Of a DNA stretch of 64,000 nt, positions 45,401-51,286 are shown in pieces (the stretch's first letter is position 1; every line of letters starts with the position of its first letter). The notes below the pieces were generated by a model. It saw nothing but the letters and a program-made list of their open reading frames with translations, was not told where the DNA came from and searched no databases. The stretch lies in NCBI GenBank assembly GCA_045637205.1, contig JAZTYY010000082.1, forward strand, positions 8,822 to 72,821, in the 5' to 3' direction. The position numbers were made by a program, and so were the translations under genes. This DNA is from Eubacteriales bacterium. GTDB taxonomy: Bacteria; Bacillota; Clostridia; Oscillospirales; CAG-272.

Positions 45401-45719
45401 TTGCTCAAGTCTTACAAGTATAGAGATTCCAAGCAGTGTAACAAGCATTGGCTATAGCGTATTTCGCGGTTGTTCAAGTCTTACAAGCATAGAAATCCCA
45501 AGCGGTGTAACGAGTATTGGATATTATGCATTTGAAGGTTGCACAAGTCTTGCAAGTATAGAGATTCCAAGCGGTGTAACAAGCATTGGATATTATGCAT
45601 TTTATGGTTGCTCAAACCTCACAATTTATTGTGAAGCAACGTCCAAACCCTCCGAATGGGGTGCTTATTGGAATCCTTCAAATAGACCGGTTGTTTGGGG
45701 ATATACTGGCGAGAATTAA
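36459..45719 (+). CDS. Giant BspA-type leucine-rich-repeat (LRR_5) surface protein with an N-terminal membrane anchor, Cys/His modules and a Big_2 domain
   Basis: 3086 aa. The N-terminal TM is KLIIIALCSIAVITTATIIIV. The Big_2 domain spans aa 131-208 (VTLDKNAATINLGDSLTLVATITPGNA..VTITAS). Many dozens of ~23-aa units follow, such as SLTSIEIPSSVTSIGDYAFxGC. The C-terminus is IYCEATSKPSEWGAYWNPSNRPVVWGY. Confidence 0.85.
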   Translation: MMKISLKLIIIALCSIAVITTATIIIVNTLDKGETPNDEPHVHVFADWTQTKAPTCQAKGEDTRTCTCGAKETREVAINSNAHIFNQRVVDDKYIKSEANYDDPAYYYYSCVCGEKGTESFPEGEAILPPVSSVTLDKNAATINLGDSLTLVATITPGNAIDQELTWTSSDLSIAKVTNGVVTSLKSGTVTITASTANGKSASCTVTIESNYVIKYELTEDSSFYVVTGIEGRTNVLEIPFLHDGLRVVAIKEGAFQNNLDLEQLILPNSIEYIYKNAFENCSNLTSVNLPDSLLFIGQSAFEECTSLKEVHIPYLVHTVDTRAFYHCVALENVTVADEKEPMNKKIGSYAFSQCENLKTVVVGEGMEILGDNSFSYCTSMVSFTVGNGLKTISNMAFDNCLSLLRFDMPDTVTYLGNMAFRHAEALKEVTFSTNLNAIGNACFQYCISLDNVELHDGISQIGASGFSFCSGMKTLKILGNITSLGSSAFYECTGLTEIYYASSIKGDLGLNNYIFYNAGTKGDGIVLTLGPNACIRDRLFEPQEDKNRPKLVKIIVENEATEVDYLENYNTLPYLTEIELPDSIVEIKSGIFHNTAWWNAQPEGAVYIGNILYGYKGELNGELTISDNTVCIAFGALTGQNPTSLRIPFVGAIQNGTVNTHLGYIFGADSPIDQNAACVPQSLNTVVITGGTDIPANAFYDCASLTSIEIPSSVTKIGEYAFYGCTGLTSMEIPKSVTSIGSGAFCNCTGLTSIEIPKDVTSIGDEAFIGCNKLESITLPFVGNGSDKTNFGYIFGADSYQDQADYIPESLILVTVTRCENPIDEHAFDNCNFEVFIVHDFEEWIVSLAPTCQTTGSKYHVCSICEYREDEIIPIDPDAHKKDSAWSTDENNHWHKCLIEGCDEKLDHIEHDWEQWVITLDPTCQTTGSKYHVCSICEYREDEIIPIDPDAHKKDSEWSTDENNHWYECHVEGCDVKVDLASHTWNSENTCIYCDEYKDRGVIFTFNSESSTYSITDYTGSATSVIIPSTYKGYPVTQISNSAFENCTSITSIEIPSSIKSIGYSVFSGCTGLTGVNITDIAAWCNIDFYNSDANPLYYAKNLYLNGELVTDLVIPEGVTSIGDCAFINCTSFESVEIPSSVASISARSFEGCTNLTTIEISNGVKSIDNRAFYGCTNLAGIEIPSSVISVGEYAFANCTSLESVKILDGVKSIGRSAFLRCTGLTSIEIPSSVTSIGSGAFYDSTGLTDVYISDIAAWCNIDFGNETANPLYYAENLYLNDELVTELVIPEGVTSIDSNAFYGFTGITSVEIPSSVESIGSDVFYNCANLTDIYISDIAAWCNIDFSNYAANPLYVAKNLYLNDELVTELVIPEGVTSINNYAFKGCSGLTSIEIPSSVTSIGDSAFSGCSGLTSIEIPSSVTSIGDYAFSGCSGITSIEIPKSVESIGYCAFYSCYKLESITLPLVGNGSTSTHFGYIFGADTYDKNNNFIPSSLETVIVIGDSVPSHAFYGCWNIRSIEMQDDITSIGDSAFSGCENLYNVKIPNTVQSIGDAAFWDCLSLTRIKIPNGVTSIGGYVFAGCSRLATIEIPSSVTSIGNNAFIGCTGLTGVYITDLAAWCNIDFNTSWEANPLYRANNLYLNGELVTDLVIPEGVTSIGDCAFIGCTSLESVEIPSSVTSIGYSAFYGCNKLESITVPFVGNGSDESHFGYIFGAETYKDNATYVPVSLKTVVITGGTEIAQYAFYDCSNITSIVIPSSVTSIGQNAFYKCTGIIDVYISDLATWCNIDFYDSGANPLYEANNLYLNGELVTDLVVPEGVTKIGSCTFIGYTRLKSVVIPNGVTSIEHGAFFGCTNLSSINIPSSVTKIAEQAFLYCTNLSKVYITDLKAWCNIDCESPLFNPTSGKLYLNGELVTDLVIPEGVTKIGEHAFFGCSSLTSIVIPSSVTSIDYAAFWNCTGLTSIEIPSSVTSISSGAFFGCSSLTSIVIPSGVTSIGYYAFYGCTSLTSVEIPSSVTSIGSGAFDGCSSLTSIEIPSGVTSIGDSAFSGCSSLTSIEIPSGVTSIGYNAFYGCDSLESITLPFVGDGSYETHFGYFFGAEGYFGNAEYVPESLKTVVITGGTEIAQYAFYGCSSLTSIVIPDSVTSIGDYAFEGCNSLESITLPFVGDGSYYTNFGYIFGAYGYTYNSSHVPVSLKTVVITGGTKIAGYAFYDCSNITSIVIPSSVTSIGDYAFYNCTSLESIEIPSGVTSIGDNAFYNCRYLTYVYITDLAAWFNVRFSNYYANPMYYATNLYLNGELVTDFVIPDGVTSINSYAFYNWTSLKSIEIPSTVTSIGNSAFRGCSSLTSIEIPSGVTSIGDSAFTYCSALTSIEIPSSVTSIGAYAFSYCSALTSIEIPSSVTSIGDYAFYYCTGLTSIEIPSGVTSIGLSAFADCTSLASIEIPSGVTSIGAYAFYNCRSLTSIEIPSGVTSIGIGAFQYCRSLTSIEIPSSVTSIDHSAFRDCSSLTSIVIPSGVKSIGSEAFFRCTGLTSIVIPSSVTSIGNSAFSGCTSLASIEIPSGVTSIGSGAFSYCTSLASIEVDENNRSYKSIDGNLYRKDGKTLICYAIGKQDTSFIIPDGVTSIGDYAFYGCLSLTSIVIPDGVTSIGAYAFSGCSSLTSIVIPDSVTSIGNSAFSVCSSLTSIVIPDGVTSIGWYAFSNCSSLTSIEIPSSVTSIEKYAFAGCTSLESITLPFVGNGSDGTLFGYIFGADWYSDNAEHVPESLKTVVITGGTKIAGYAFYDCSNITSIEIPSSVTSIGDYAFEGCTNLASIEIPSGVTSIGDYAFDGCLSLTSIVIPDGVISIGRYAFSDCRSLTSIVIPSSVTRIGEYAFEDCTGLESITLPFVGNGSDASHFGYIFGADSYSGNAEYVPESLKTVVITGGTEIAGYAFCGCSNITSIEIPSSVTSIGAYAFEDSGLTSIEIPNSVTTIGSGAFYGCSSLTSIEIPSSVTSIGYSVFRGCSSLTSIEIPSGVTSIGYYAFEGCTSLASIEIPSGVTSIGYYAFYGCSNLTIYCEATSKPSEWGAYWNPSNRPVVWGYTGEN
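38985..39416 (+). repeat. In-frame 216-bp tandem duplication inside the LRR gene
   Basis: 39009-39143 differs from 39225-39359 at only about 4 positions by eye. Both encode PTCQTTGSKYHVCSICEYREDEIIPIDPDAHKKDS.WSTDENNHW. Confidence 0.9.
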
Positions 45720-45733
45720 TCAAATAAAATCTT

Positions 45734-45761
45734 AAAGGGTGCGAGAAATCGCACCCTTTTT
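45734..45761 (+). terminator. Rho-independent terminator after the LRR gene
   Basis: GGGTGCGA-gaaa-TCGCACCC is followed by TTTTT. Confidence 0.9.
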
Positions 45762-46047
45762 GAATACAAAATAAAACAAAAATTTCCATTCATATTTGTT
45801 TTTCGATTGAGCAAAACAATAACAAAATGAGGTTAATTGCGTAGCCGGGATATATGATTGCAATATTATTGTTTAGTCTTTTGGATAAACCTGATAACGA
45901 GGGCGCGTGGTATAAGTTACTTGAGAATACCATAATTATCCTAATATAATGATAATAGGGTAAAATACCCTAATACGAACGCCAAAGAGCGTCTATCTTT
46001 TACGATAGGCGCTCTTTTGTTTTTAAAAATATTTTGGAGGTGAACTT

Positions 46048-46432
46048 ATGGCAGCTTTAGTATCTATCGGCGGTTTCGATTTTCCCGAGCCGTCAACGTA
46101 TAATGCAACCACATCTACAATTGTTGATTCGGGACGTAATGTTCAAGGCAAAGTTGTGGGTGCTATTGTAAGACACGATGTAGCCAAAATAGAACTCTCT
46201 TGGAAGTATCTCACCGCTTATGAGTGGGCGCAAATATTATCCCTATTTACAAGTAGCTTCTTACATTTCTAAATCAGGCGACAAACTCTTATACTATGTG
46301 GTAGGTGCTGTTAATGCACTTAAAAGTAGGCGTTTGGATATCAACAAAGGCTTCATATACCATCTACTGTACCAATGGCGAAATTGCCCAAGACACATAT
46401 TACGACAAATAACAAAAACCCCCGAAACCTAA
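46048..46432 (+). pseudogene. Decayed phage-like gene (N-terminus resembles small phage tail-associated proteins); apparently frameshifted
   Basis: The 74-aa ORF MAALVSIGGFDFPEPSTYNATTSTIVDSGRNVQGKVVGAIVRHDVAKIELSWKYLTAYEWAQIL stops early. Plausible continuations (..SKSGDKLLYYVVGA..) lie in another frame. The family assignment is from memory only. Confidence 0.3.
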
Positions 46433-46450
46433 ATTTCGGGGGGCTTTCTT
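46414..46450 (+). terminator. Rho-independent terminator
   Basis: CCCCCGAAA-cctaaa-TTTCGGGGG is followed by GCTTTCTT. Confidence 0.7.
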
Positions 46451-46515
46451 AATTCATGCTTATGTGCGTGAAGCCTTGATATATAAGGGTTTGTTGGGTG
46501 TTAAAATTCACTACA

Positions 46516-46590
46516 TCATAGAACATCGCATTCGTTAGCTGCCTGCATTTTGAACTGTTCAAGTGCCTTTTTAGCTGACTTCTTTGCCAT
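46516..46590 (-). pseudogene. Truncated second copy of the SASP gene 5' end (24 codons, then a stop)
   Basis: It translates to MAKKSAKKALEQFKMQAANE-CDVL*. The first 20 codons match the intact gene at 36001-36060, and the homology ends at 46530/46531. Confidence 0.85.
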
Positions 46591-46692
46591 AACGTTCTCC
46601 ATTCTGTCGCTTTTACGACTAATTTTTCCTTTTGTAGAAAGGAAATTAATATTTTGGCGCAAATTTCAAAATATATTAATGGAAAAATTTGT
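46531..46692. repeat. Direct repeat copy B (SASP 5' end plus upstream region, lacking the 83-bp segment)
   Basis: See copy A. The two copies bracket about 10.4 kb. Confidence 0.9.
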
Positions 46693-46710
46693 TATGTTTT
46701 TTACTTTTCC

Positions 46711-46739
46711 TTGACAAAATATACTAATAATAGTATAAT
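46711..46739 (+). promoter_or_regulatory. Consensus sigma-A promoter
   Basis: TTGACA (46711-46716), 17-nt spacer, TATAAT (46734-46739). Confidence 0.7.
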
Positions 46740-46772
46740 AAAATCACAAACTGTTTAGAAAGGAATTAATTT

Positions 46773-47456
46773 ATGGATAATCAAGTAACGTTTTGTAAAA
46801 ACTGTGGGCGCGAAATGATTAAAGGTGCAGCCTTTTGTACTTATTGCGGTGCTAAGGTAGAAGAAGAGGCTCCCACTCCCTCATACGAACAATTTTATGC
46901 TTATCCCCAAGGTGAGACTACGGCTCAAAGCTATGCTCAGTCACCGTATGCGCCACCAACTCCACCTCGCAAGAGATCTAAAGCTTGGCTTTGGATAATT
47001 ATTGCTATTTCGGCAGCTATCATTACAGGACTTATTATTTGGGGAGTTGTGGGATTTTTTAATCCCGATTCCGATTTAACACCTGTAAGTGAGCCTGCAA
47101 GTGGAACTATCCTTTCTGGCTCAAGTGGATATGGCTCCGAAATTACTATTGTGGCTACTGAAACCGAATCCGTTGTTGTAAAATTGAAAAACAGAAGTGG
47201 AAGAGAGGTTCTCTCATTTTACGTAAGAGCAGGTGATACTGTAACGATTGACGTTCCTGATGAATATATGTACGTATATTTTGCTACGGGTAAGACCTGG
47301 TATGGTGAAGAGGAAATGTTCGGTCAAAGAACTAAATATTATATGGAAGAAGATCTAACCAACTTTGCTTATTACACTTGGGAATATCAAATGGGCTCTT
47401 TCTTCTTGACTGATTTGAACGTTGTACAAATTGAGAAAGAAGAGTTCTTTGAATAA
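46773..47456 (+). CDS. Zinc-ribbon domain membrane protein; function unknown
   Basis: 227 aa. The N-terminal zinc ribbon is CKNCGREMIKGAAFCTYCG. A Pro-rich linker and a TM (AWLWIIIAISAAIITGLIIWGVVGFF) follow, then an extracytoplasmic domain. Confidence 0.7.
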   Translation: MDNQVTFCKNCGREMIKGAAFCTYCGAKVEEEAPTPSYEQFYAYPQGETTAQSYAQSPYAPPTPPRKRSKAWLWIIIAISAAIITGLIIWGVVGFFNPDSDLTPVSEPASGTILSGSSGYGSEITIVATETESVVVKLKNRSGREVLSFYVRAGDTVTIDVPDEYMYVYFATGKTWYGEEEMFGQRTKYYMEEDLTNFAYYTWEYQMGSFFLTDLNVVQIEKEEFFE

Positions 47457-47468
47457 AATATAGAAATA

Positions 47469-47501
47469 CAAGCGCTTGTCCGTGCGACAAGCGCTTTTTT
47501 T
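47469..47501 (+). terminator. Rho-independent terminator
   Basis: AAGCGCTTGTC-cgtgc-GACAAGCGCTT is followed by TTTTTT. Confidence 0.9.
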
Positions 47502-47512
47502 GTAAAAAGCTA

Positions 47513-47541
47513 TTGACAAAATGAACAAAAAGTGATAATAT
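47513..47541 (+). promoter_or_regulatory. Sigma-A type promoter of the alaS leader
   Basis: TTGACA (47513-47518), 17-nt spacer, then TGaTAATAT with the -10 hexamer at 47536-47541. Confidence 0.7.
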
Positions 47542-47547
47542 ATCCGT

Positions 47548-47810
47548 GTATGAAAACTGTGATGGGAATAAGTAGTGTTTCTTTGTTCGTTCAGAGAGTC
47601 GGCGGTTGGTGTGAGCCGATGGGACGGGGAATATGAAGCTATCCCTGAGTTGCTTCCGAAAGGAAAGTCGGGTGCGCCCGTTAAAGCGCGGGACTGACTT
47701 TGTCAGTTGTTGAGGTCATTTTCGTGAGAGAATGACGAAATAAGGTGGTATCGCGAGCGCTCTCGTCCTTATGCTTTTGCATTCGGTCGGTGGCGTTTAT
47801 TTTTTTGCCA
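47548..47810 (+). promoter_or_regulatory. T-box leader (alanine specifier) controlling alaS
   Basis: Stem I elements are AGAGAG (47593-47598) and GGTGTGA (47608-47614). The specifier-loop context is GAA-GCT-A, with GCT at 47638-47640. The T-box motif GAAATAAGGTGGTATCGCGAG lies at 47737-47757, and its UGGU would match an A73 discriminator. An imperfect terminator hairpin at 47757-47795 is followed by TTTATTTTTTT. Confidence 0.85.
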
Positions 47811-47858
47811 CAAACACAGTTGAAAATTATTTTACATAAACCGAAAGGAAAAATTAAA

Positions 47859-50489
47859 ATGAAATGGACATCACTTAATGATTTGAGAGAAAGCTATCTT
47901 GCTTTCTTTGAGAAAAAGGGACATTTAAGACTTAAATCTTTCCCCCTTGTTCCCATCAATGACAAATCTTTGCTTCTTATTAACTCCGGTATGGCTCCTA
48001 TGAAGAAATACTTCACAGGTGAAGAAGAGCCTCCGAGAAATCGCGTTTGCACATGCCAAAAGTGCATCAGAACTCCCGACCTTGAAAGAGTTGGTCACAC
48101 AGCTCGTCACGGTACATTCTTTGAAATGCTTGGTAACTTCTCATTCGGTGACTACTTTAAGGTAGAAGCTATCGAATGGTGCTGGGAATTCCTCACAAAA
48201 GAGCTTGAAATTCCCGAAAATCTTCTTTGGCCCTCAATTTATGAGGAGGATGACGAATCCTACGACATTTGGGTAAACAAGATTGGTGTTGACCCCAACC
48301 ACGTTGTTCGTATGGGTAAGGCTGACAACTTCTGGGAGCACGGCACAGGTCCTTGTGGTCCTTGTTCCGAAATCTACTTCGACCGTGGCGAAAAGTACGG
48401 TTGTGGTGACCCAAACTGTAAGCCCGGTTGCGAATGCGACAGATACATGGAAATTTGGAACAACGTATTCTCACAGTTTAACAATATGGGCGATGGCACA
48501 TATGAAGAGCTCGCACAGAAGAACATCGACACAGGTATGGGTCTTGAACGTCTTGCTTGCGTAATGCAGGGCGTTGACAATATGTTTGAGGTTGACTCAA
48601 TCCGTAAGATTATTGACAAGGTTTGCGAAATCTGTGGCAAGACATACGGAAACGATGCTAATAATGACATCTCCATCCGTGTTATTACTGACCACACAAG
48701 AAGCGCAATGTTTATGATCGCTGACGGTGTTATTCCTTCAAATGAGGGACGTGGCTACGTTCTTCGTAGAATCATCCGTCGTGCTTGCCGTCACGGAAAG
48801 CTCCTTGGTATCAAGGGCGCGTTCCTTGTTGATATGGTTAACGTTGCAATTAACGAAAGCTGCGCGGCTTATCCCGAGCTTTCTGAAAAGGGTGACTACA
48901 TCCGTAAGGTTCTTTCTATGGAAGAAGAAAGATTCGATGCTACAATCGACGCAGGTCTTTCGATCCTTTCCGACCTCATTCGTGGCGCAATTAAAGAAAA
49001 CAGCGACACAATCTCCGGTGAAGAAGTATTCAAGCTTTACGATACATTCGGTTTCCCCATCGACTTGACACGTGAAATTGCTGAAGAAAATCACCTCAAG
49101 ATTGACGAAGAAGCATTTAAGGCGCTCATGCTCGACCAGAGAACAAGAGCAAGAGAGGCAAGAGCTAATATCAGTGGTTGGTCCGATAATTCCAAGAATA
49201 TTCTTGCCGACCTTCCCAAAACTGAATTTACAGGTTATACAGATTATAGAAGTGAAGCAAAGGTTATTGCAATCCTTGTTAACGACGAGAGCGTTGACAC
49301 AGTAAACGAGGGTGATTGCACGGTTGTGCTTGACAGAACTCCTTTCTACGGAGAGGGCGGTGGTCAGGTAGGTGACTCCGGTACAATCTATGGTGAAAAC
49401 TCACTTCTTACAGTTTACGATACAAAGAAAACTGACGGTGTTTATATCCATCTTTGCACAGTTGCAAACGGTACCTTGAACGTTGGTGACACAGTGACAG
49501 CTGATATCACAGATGCGCGCCGTGATGCTATTAAGAGAAACCACTCCGCAGCGCACTTGCTTCAGGCGGCTCTTCGTTCTGTTCTTGGAACACATGTTGA
49601 GCAGGCAGGATCTTACGTTGACGAAAACGTATGCCGTTTCGACTTTACACACTTCGTTGCTCTTACTGAAAATGAGATCAAGCAGGTTGAAGCACTTGTA
49701 AATGCTCATATTCTTGCAGCTAACGAAATCGTAACAAGAGAAATGGATATCGAAAGCGCAAGAAAAGAGGGCGCTATGGCGCTCTTCGGTGAAAAGTACG
49801 GCAAGACCGTTCGCGTTGTTAAGATGGGTAGCTTCTCAACCGAGCTTTGCGGCGGTACACATTGTGATAATACAGGCAAGATCGGTCTTTTCAAGGTTAT
49901 CAGTGAATCTTCCGTTGCTGCAGGTGTAAGAAGAATTGAAGCTGTAACAGGTCTTGGTGTTCTTCACGTTCTTGCAACAAGAGAAGCGCTTATCAATCAG
50001 GCGGCTGCAGAACTTAAAGTTCCCAACGCAAACGACCTTGCAAAGAGAGCAAATGCAGTTATGGGTGAAATCGCATCTCTCAAGAAGGAAATCGAAGCGC
50101 TCAATAATAAGATTGCAGCTTCCAAGCTTGATGGTGTTCTCAATTCTGCAAAGGCAATTAAGAGTGTTAAACTCATCGCATTCAATGCCGAGGGTATGGA
50201 CGTTGATAGCGCAAGAACACTTGGTGATAAGATTAAGGCAGAGCATTCTGACACAGTTGCAGTTCTTGCTGTAAATGCTAACGGAAAGCTCAACTTCATC
50301 GCAGTTGCAGGCAAGGACGCAGTTGCAAACGGAGTTCACGCAGGCAAGCTCGTTGGCGCTGTAGCGGCTGTAACAGGGGGAAAGGGCGGTGGACGTCCTG
50401 ACTCTGCTATGGCAGGTGGCATTGATGTAACCAAGATTGACGAAGCTTTGACAAAAGCTGAAGAAATTGTTGAAACAATGTCAAAATAA
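47859..50489 (+). CDS. alaS: Alanine--tRNA ligase
   Basis: The N-terminus is MKWTSLNDLRESYLAFFEKKGH. The class II core, the editing-domain HSAAHLL motif and a C-terminal DHHA1 region (GGKGGGRPDSAMAGG) are present. I chose the ATG at 47859 because the ORF-track start at 47745 lies inside the T-box. Confidence 0.95.
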   Translation: MKWTSLNDLRESYLAFFEKKGHLRLKSFPLVPINDKSLLLINSGMAPMKKYFTGEEEPPRNRVCTCQKCIRTPDLERVGHTARHGTFFEMLGNFSFGDYFKVEAIEWCWEFLTKELEIPENLLWPSIYEEDDESYDIWVNKIGVDPNHVVRMGKADNFWEHGTGPCGPCSEIYFDRGEKYGCGDPNCKPGCECDRYMEIWNNVFSQFNNMGDGTYEELAQKNIDTGMGLERLACVMQGVDNMFEVDSIRKIIDKVCEICGKTYGNDANNDISIRVITDHTRSAMFMIADGVIPSNEGRGYVLRRIIRRACRHGKLLGIKGAFLVDMVNVAINESCAAYPELSEKGDYIRKVLSMEEERFDATIDAGLSILSDLIRGAIKENSDTISGEEVFKLYDTFGFPIDLTREIAEENHLKIDEEAFKALMLDQRTRAREARANISGWSDNSKNILADLPKTEFTGYTDYRSEAKVIAILVNDESVDTVNEGDCTVVLDRTPFYGEGGGQVGDSGTIYGENSLLTVYDTKKTDGVYIHLCTVANGTLNVGDTVTADITDARRDAIKRNHSAAHLLQAALRSVLGTHVEQAGSYVDENVCRFDFTHFVALTENEIKQVEALVNAHILAANEIVTREMDIESARKEGAMALFGEKYGKTVRVVKMGSFSTELCGGTHCDNTGKIGLFKVISESSVAAGVRRIEAVTGLGVLHVLATREALINQAAAELKVPNANDLAKRANAVMGEIASLKKEIEALNNKIAASKLDGVLNSAKAIKSVKLIAFNAEGMDVDSARTLGDKIKAEHSDTVAVLAVNANGKLNFIAVAGKDAVANGVHAGKLVGAVAAVTGGKGGGRPDSAMAGGIDVTKIDEALTKAEEIVETMSK

Positions 50490-50516
50490 TTGGATAAAAC
50501 TATTATATAAAATAGA

Positions 50517-50546
50517 GAAAACGGCAGGGAAACCTGCCGTTTTTTC
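50517..50546 (+). terminator. Rho-independent terminator
   Basis: ACGGCAGG-gaaa-CCTGCCGT is followed by TTTTT. Confidence 0.9.
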
Positions 50547-50552
50547 TAGCTA

Positions 50553-50581
50553 TTGACAATTTTTGTTTGTTGTGTTATAAT
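50553..50581 (+). promoter_or_regulatory. Consensus sigma-A promoter
   Basis: TTGACA (50553-50558), 17-nt spacer, then TGtTATAAT with TATAAT at 50576-50581. Confidence 0.7.
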
Positions 50582-50610
50582 CATTAAAACATTTTTAAGG
50601 TGGTGAGAGT

Positions 50611-51147
50611 GTGAAGCTTGTGATAATTGTTGGCTCGGGTGCTGTTGGAAAAATGACGGTTGGTCAGGAGCTTATGAAAATAACTGATTTACGTCTTTTT
50701 CATAATCATATGATGATTGAGCCGGTTATTGATATTTTCGGCTATTTTCACGGTGGTGTTACTCAAAAATTGCGCGAGGTCATTTTCGAGGAATTTTTGA
50801 AAAGTGATAACGAAGGTATGATTTTCACATTTTTGTGGGCTTTCGATATGCCGACGGATAGGGAATACATAATGAGTGTTGCAGAGAAATTCGACGAGGT
50901 TTACTGTGTTGAACTGATTGCCGATAGGAGCGTGCGCCTTGAAAGAAACAAGAGTGAAAATCGTCTTAAAAATAAGGCGTCGAAGCGCGATTTGGTGGTT
51001 TCGGAGCAGAGATTGTTGAATGAAGAAAGATATCGCCTTGTTAGTGAGGAGGGCGAAATTCCATTTGAAAACTATTTTAGAATTGATAATACAAATCTTG
51101 CGCCCGATGTCGTGGCTCATATGATAAAAGAAAAGTTTGATTTATAA
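50611..51147 (+). CDS. Small P-loop NTPase (nucleoside/shikimate-kinase-like fold); function unknown
   Basis: 178 aa with a GTG start. The Walker A motif is GSGAVGKMT. Confidence 0.6.
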   Translation: MKLVIIVGSGAVGKMTVGQELMKITDLRLFHNHMMIEPVIDIFGYFHGGVTQKLREVIFEEFLKSDNEGMIFTFLWAFDMPTDREYIMSVAEKFDEVYCVELIADRSVRLERNKSENRLKNKASKRDLVVSEQRLLNEERYRLVSEEGEIPFENYFRIDNTNLAPDVVAHMIKEKFDL

Positions 51148-51184
51148 AGAAATAGCAGGAACTTGCCTGCTATTTCTTTTTTTA
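51147..51184 (+). terminator. Rho-independent terminator
   Basis: GAAATAGCAGG-aacttg-CCTGCTATTTC is followed by TTTTTTT. Confidence 0.9.
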
Positions 51185-51204
51185 GATATTTTTTTACAAA
51201 CATC

Positions 51205-51233
51205 TTGAAAAACGGAATAAAAAATAGTATAAT
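51205..51233 (+). promoter_or_regulatory. Sigma-A type promoter of prfC
   Basis: TTGAAA (51205-51210), 17-nt spacer, TATAAT (51228-51233). Confidence 0.65.
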
Positions 51234-51286
51234 AGAAATGTTGTGAACATTTAAAATTAACTAATTTTAGTATAAAGGAAAGAAAA

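Noticed and set aside
36900-45650. A regular ~69-bp periodic repeat array that might superficially resemble a CRISPR or satellite array
   Set aside because: The repeats lie in one long open frame and encode a 23-aa leucine-rich repeat. There are no unique spacers and no cas genes. The periodicity comes from protein repeats.
47745-47858. The ORF-track N-terminal extension of alaS (GTG at 47745)
   Set aside because: The extension starts inside the T-box motif and runs through the terminator U-tract. The conserved AlaRS N-terminus MKWTSLNDLR begins at 47859.
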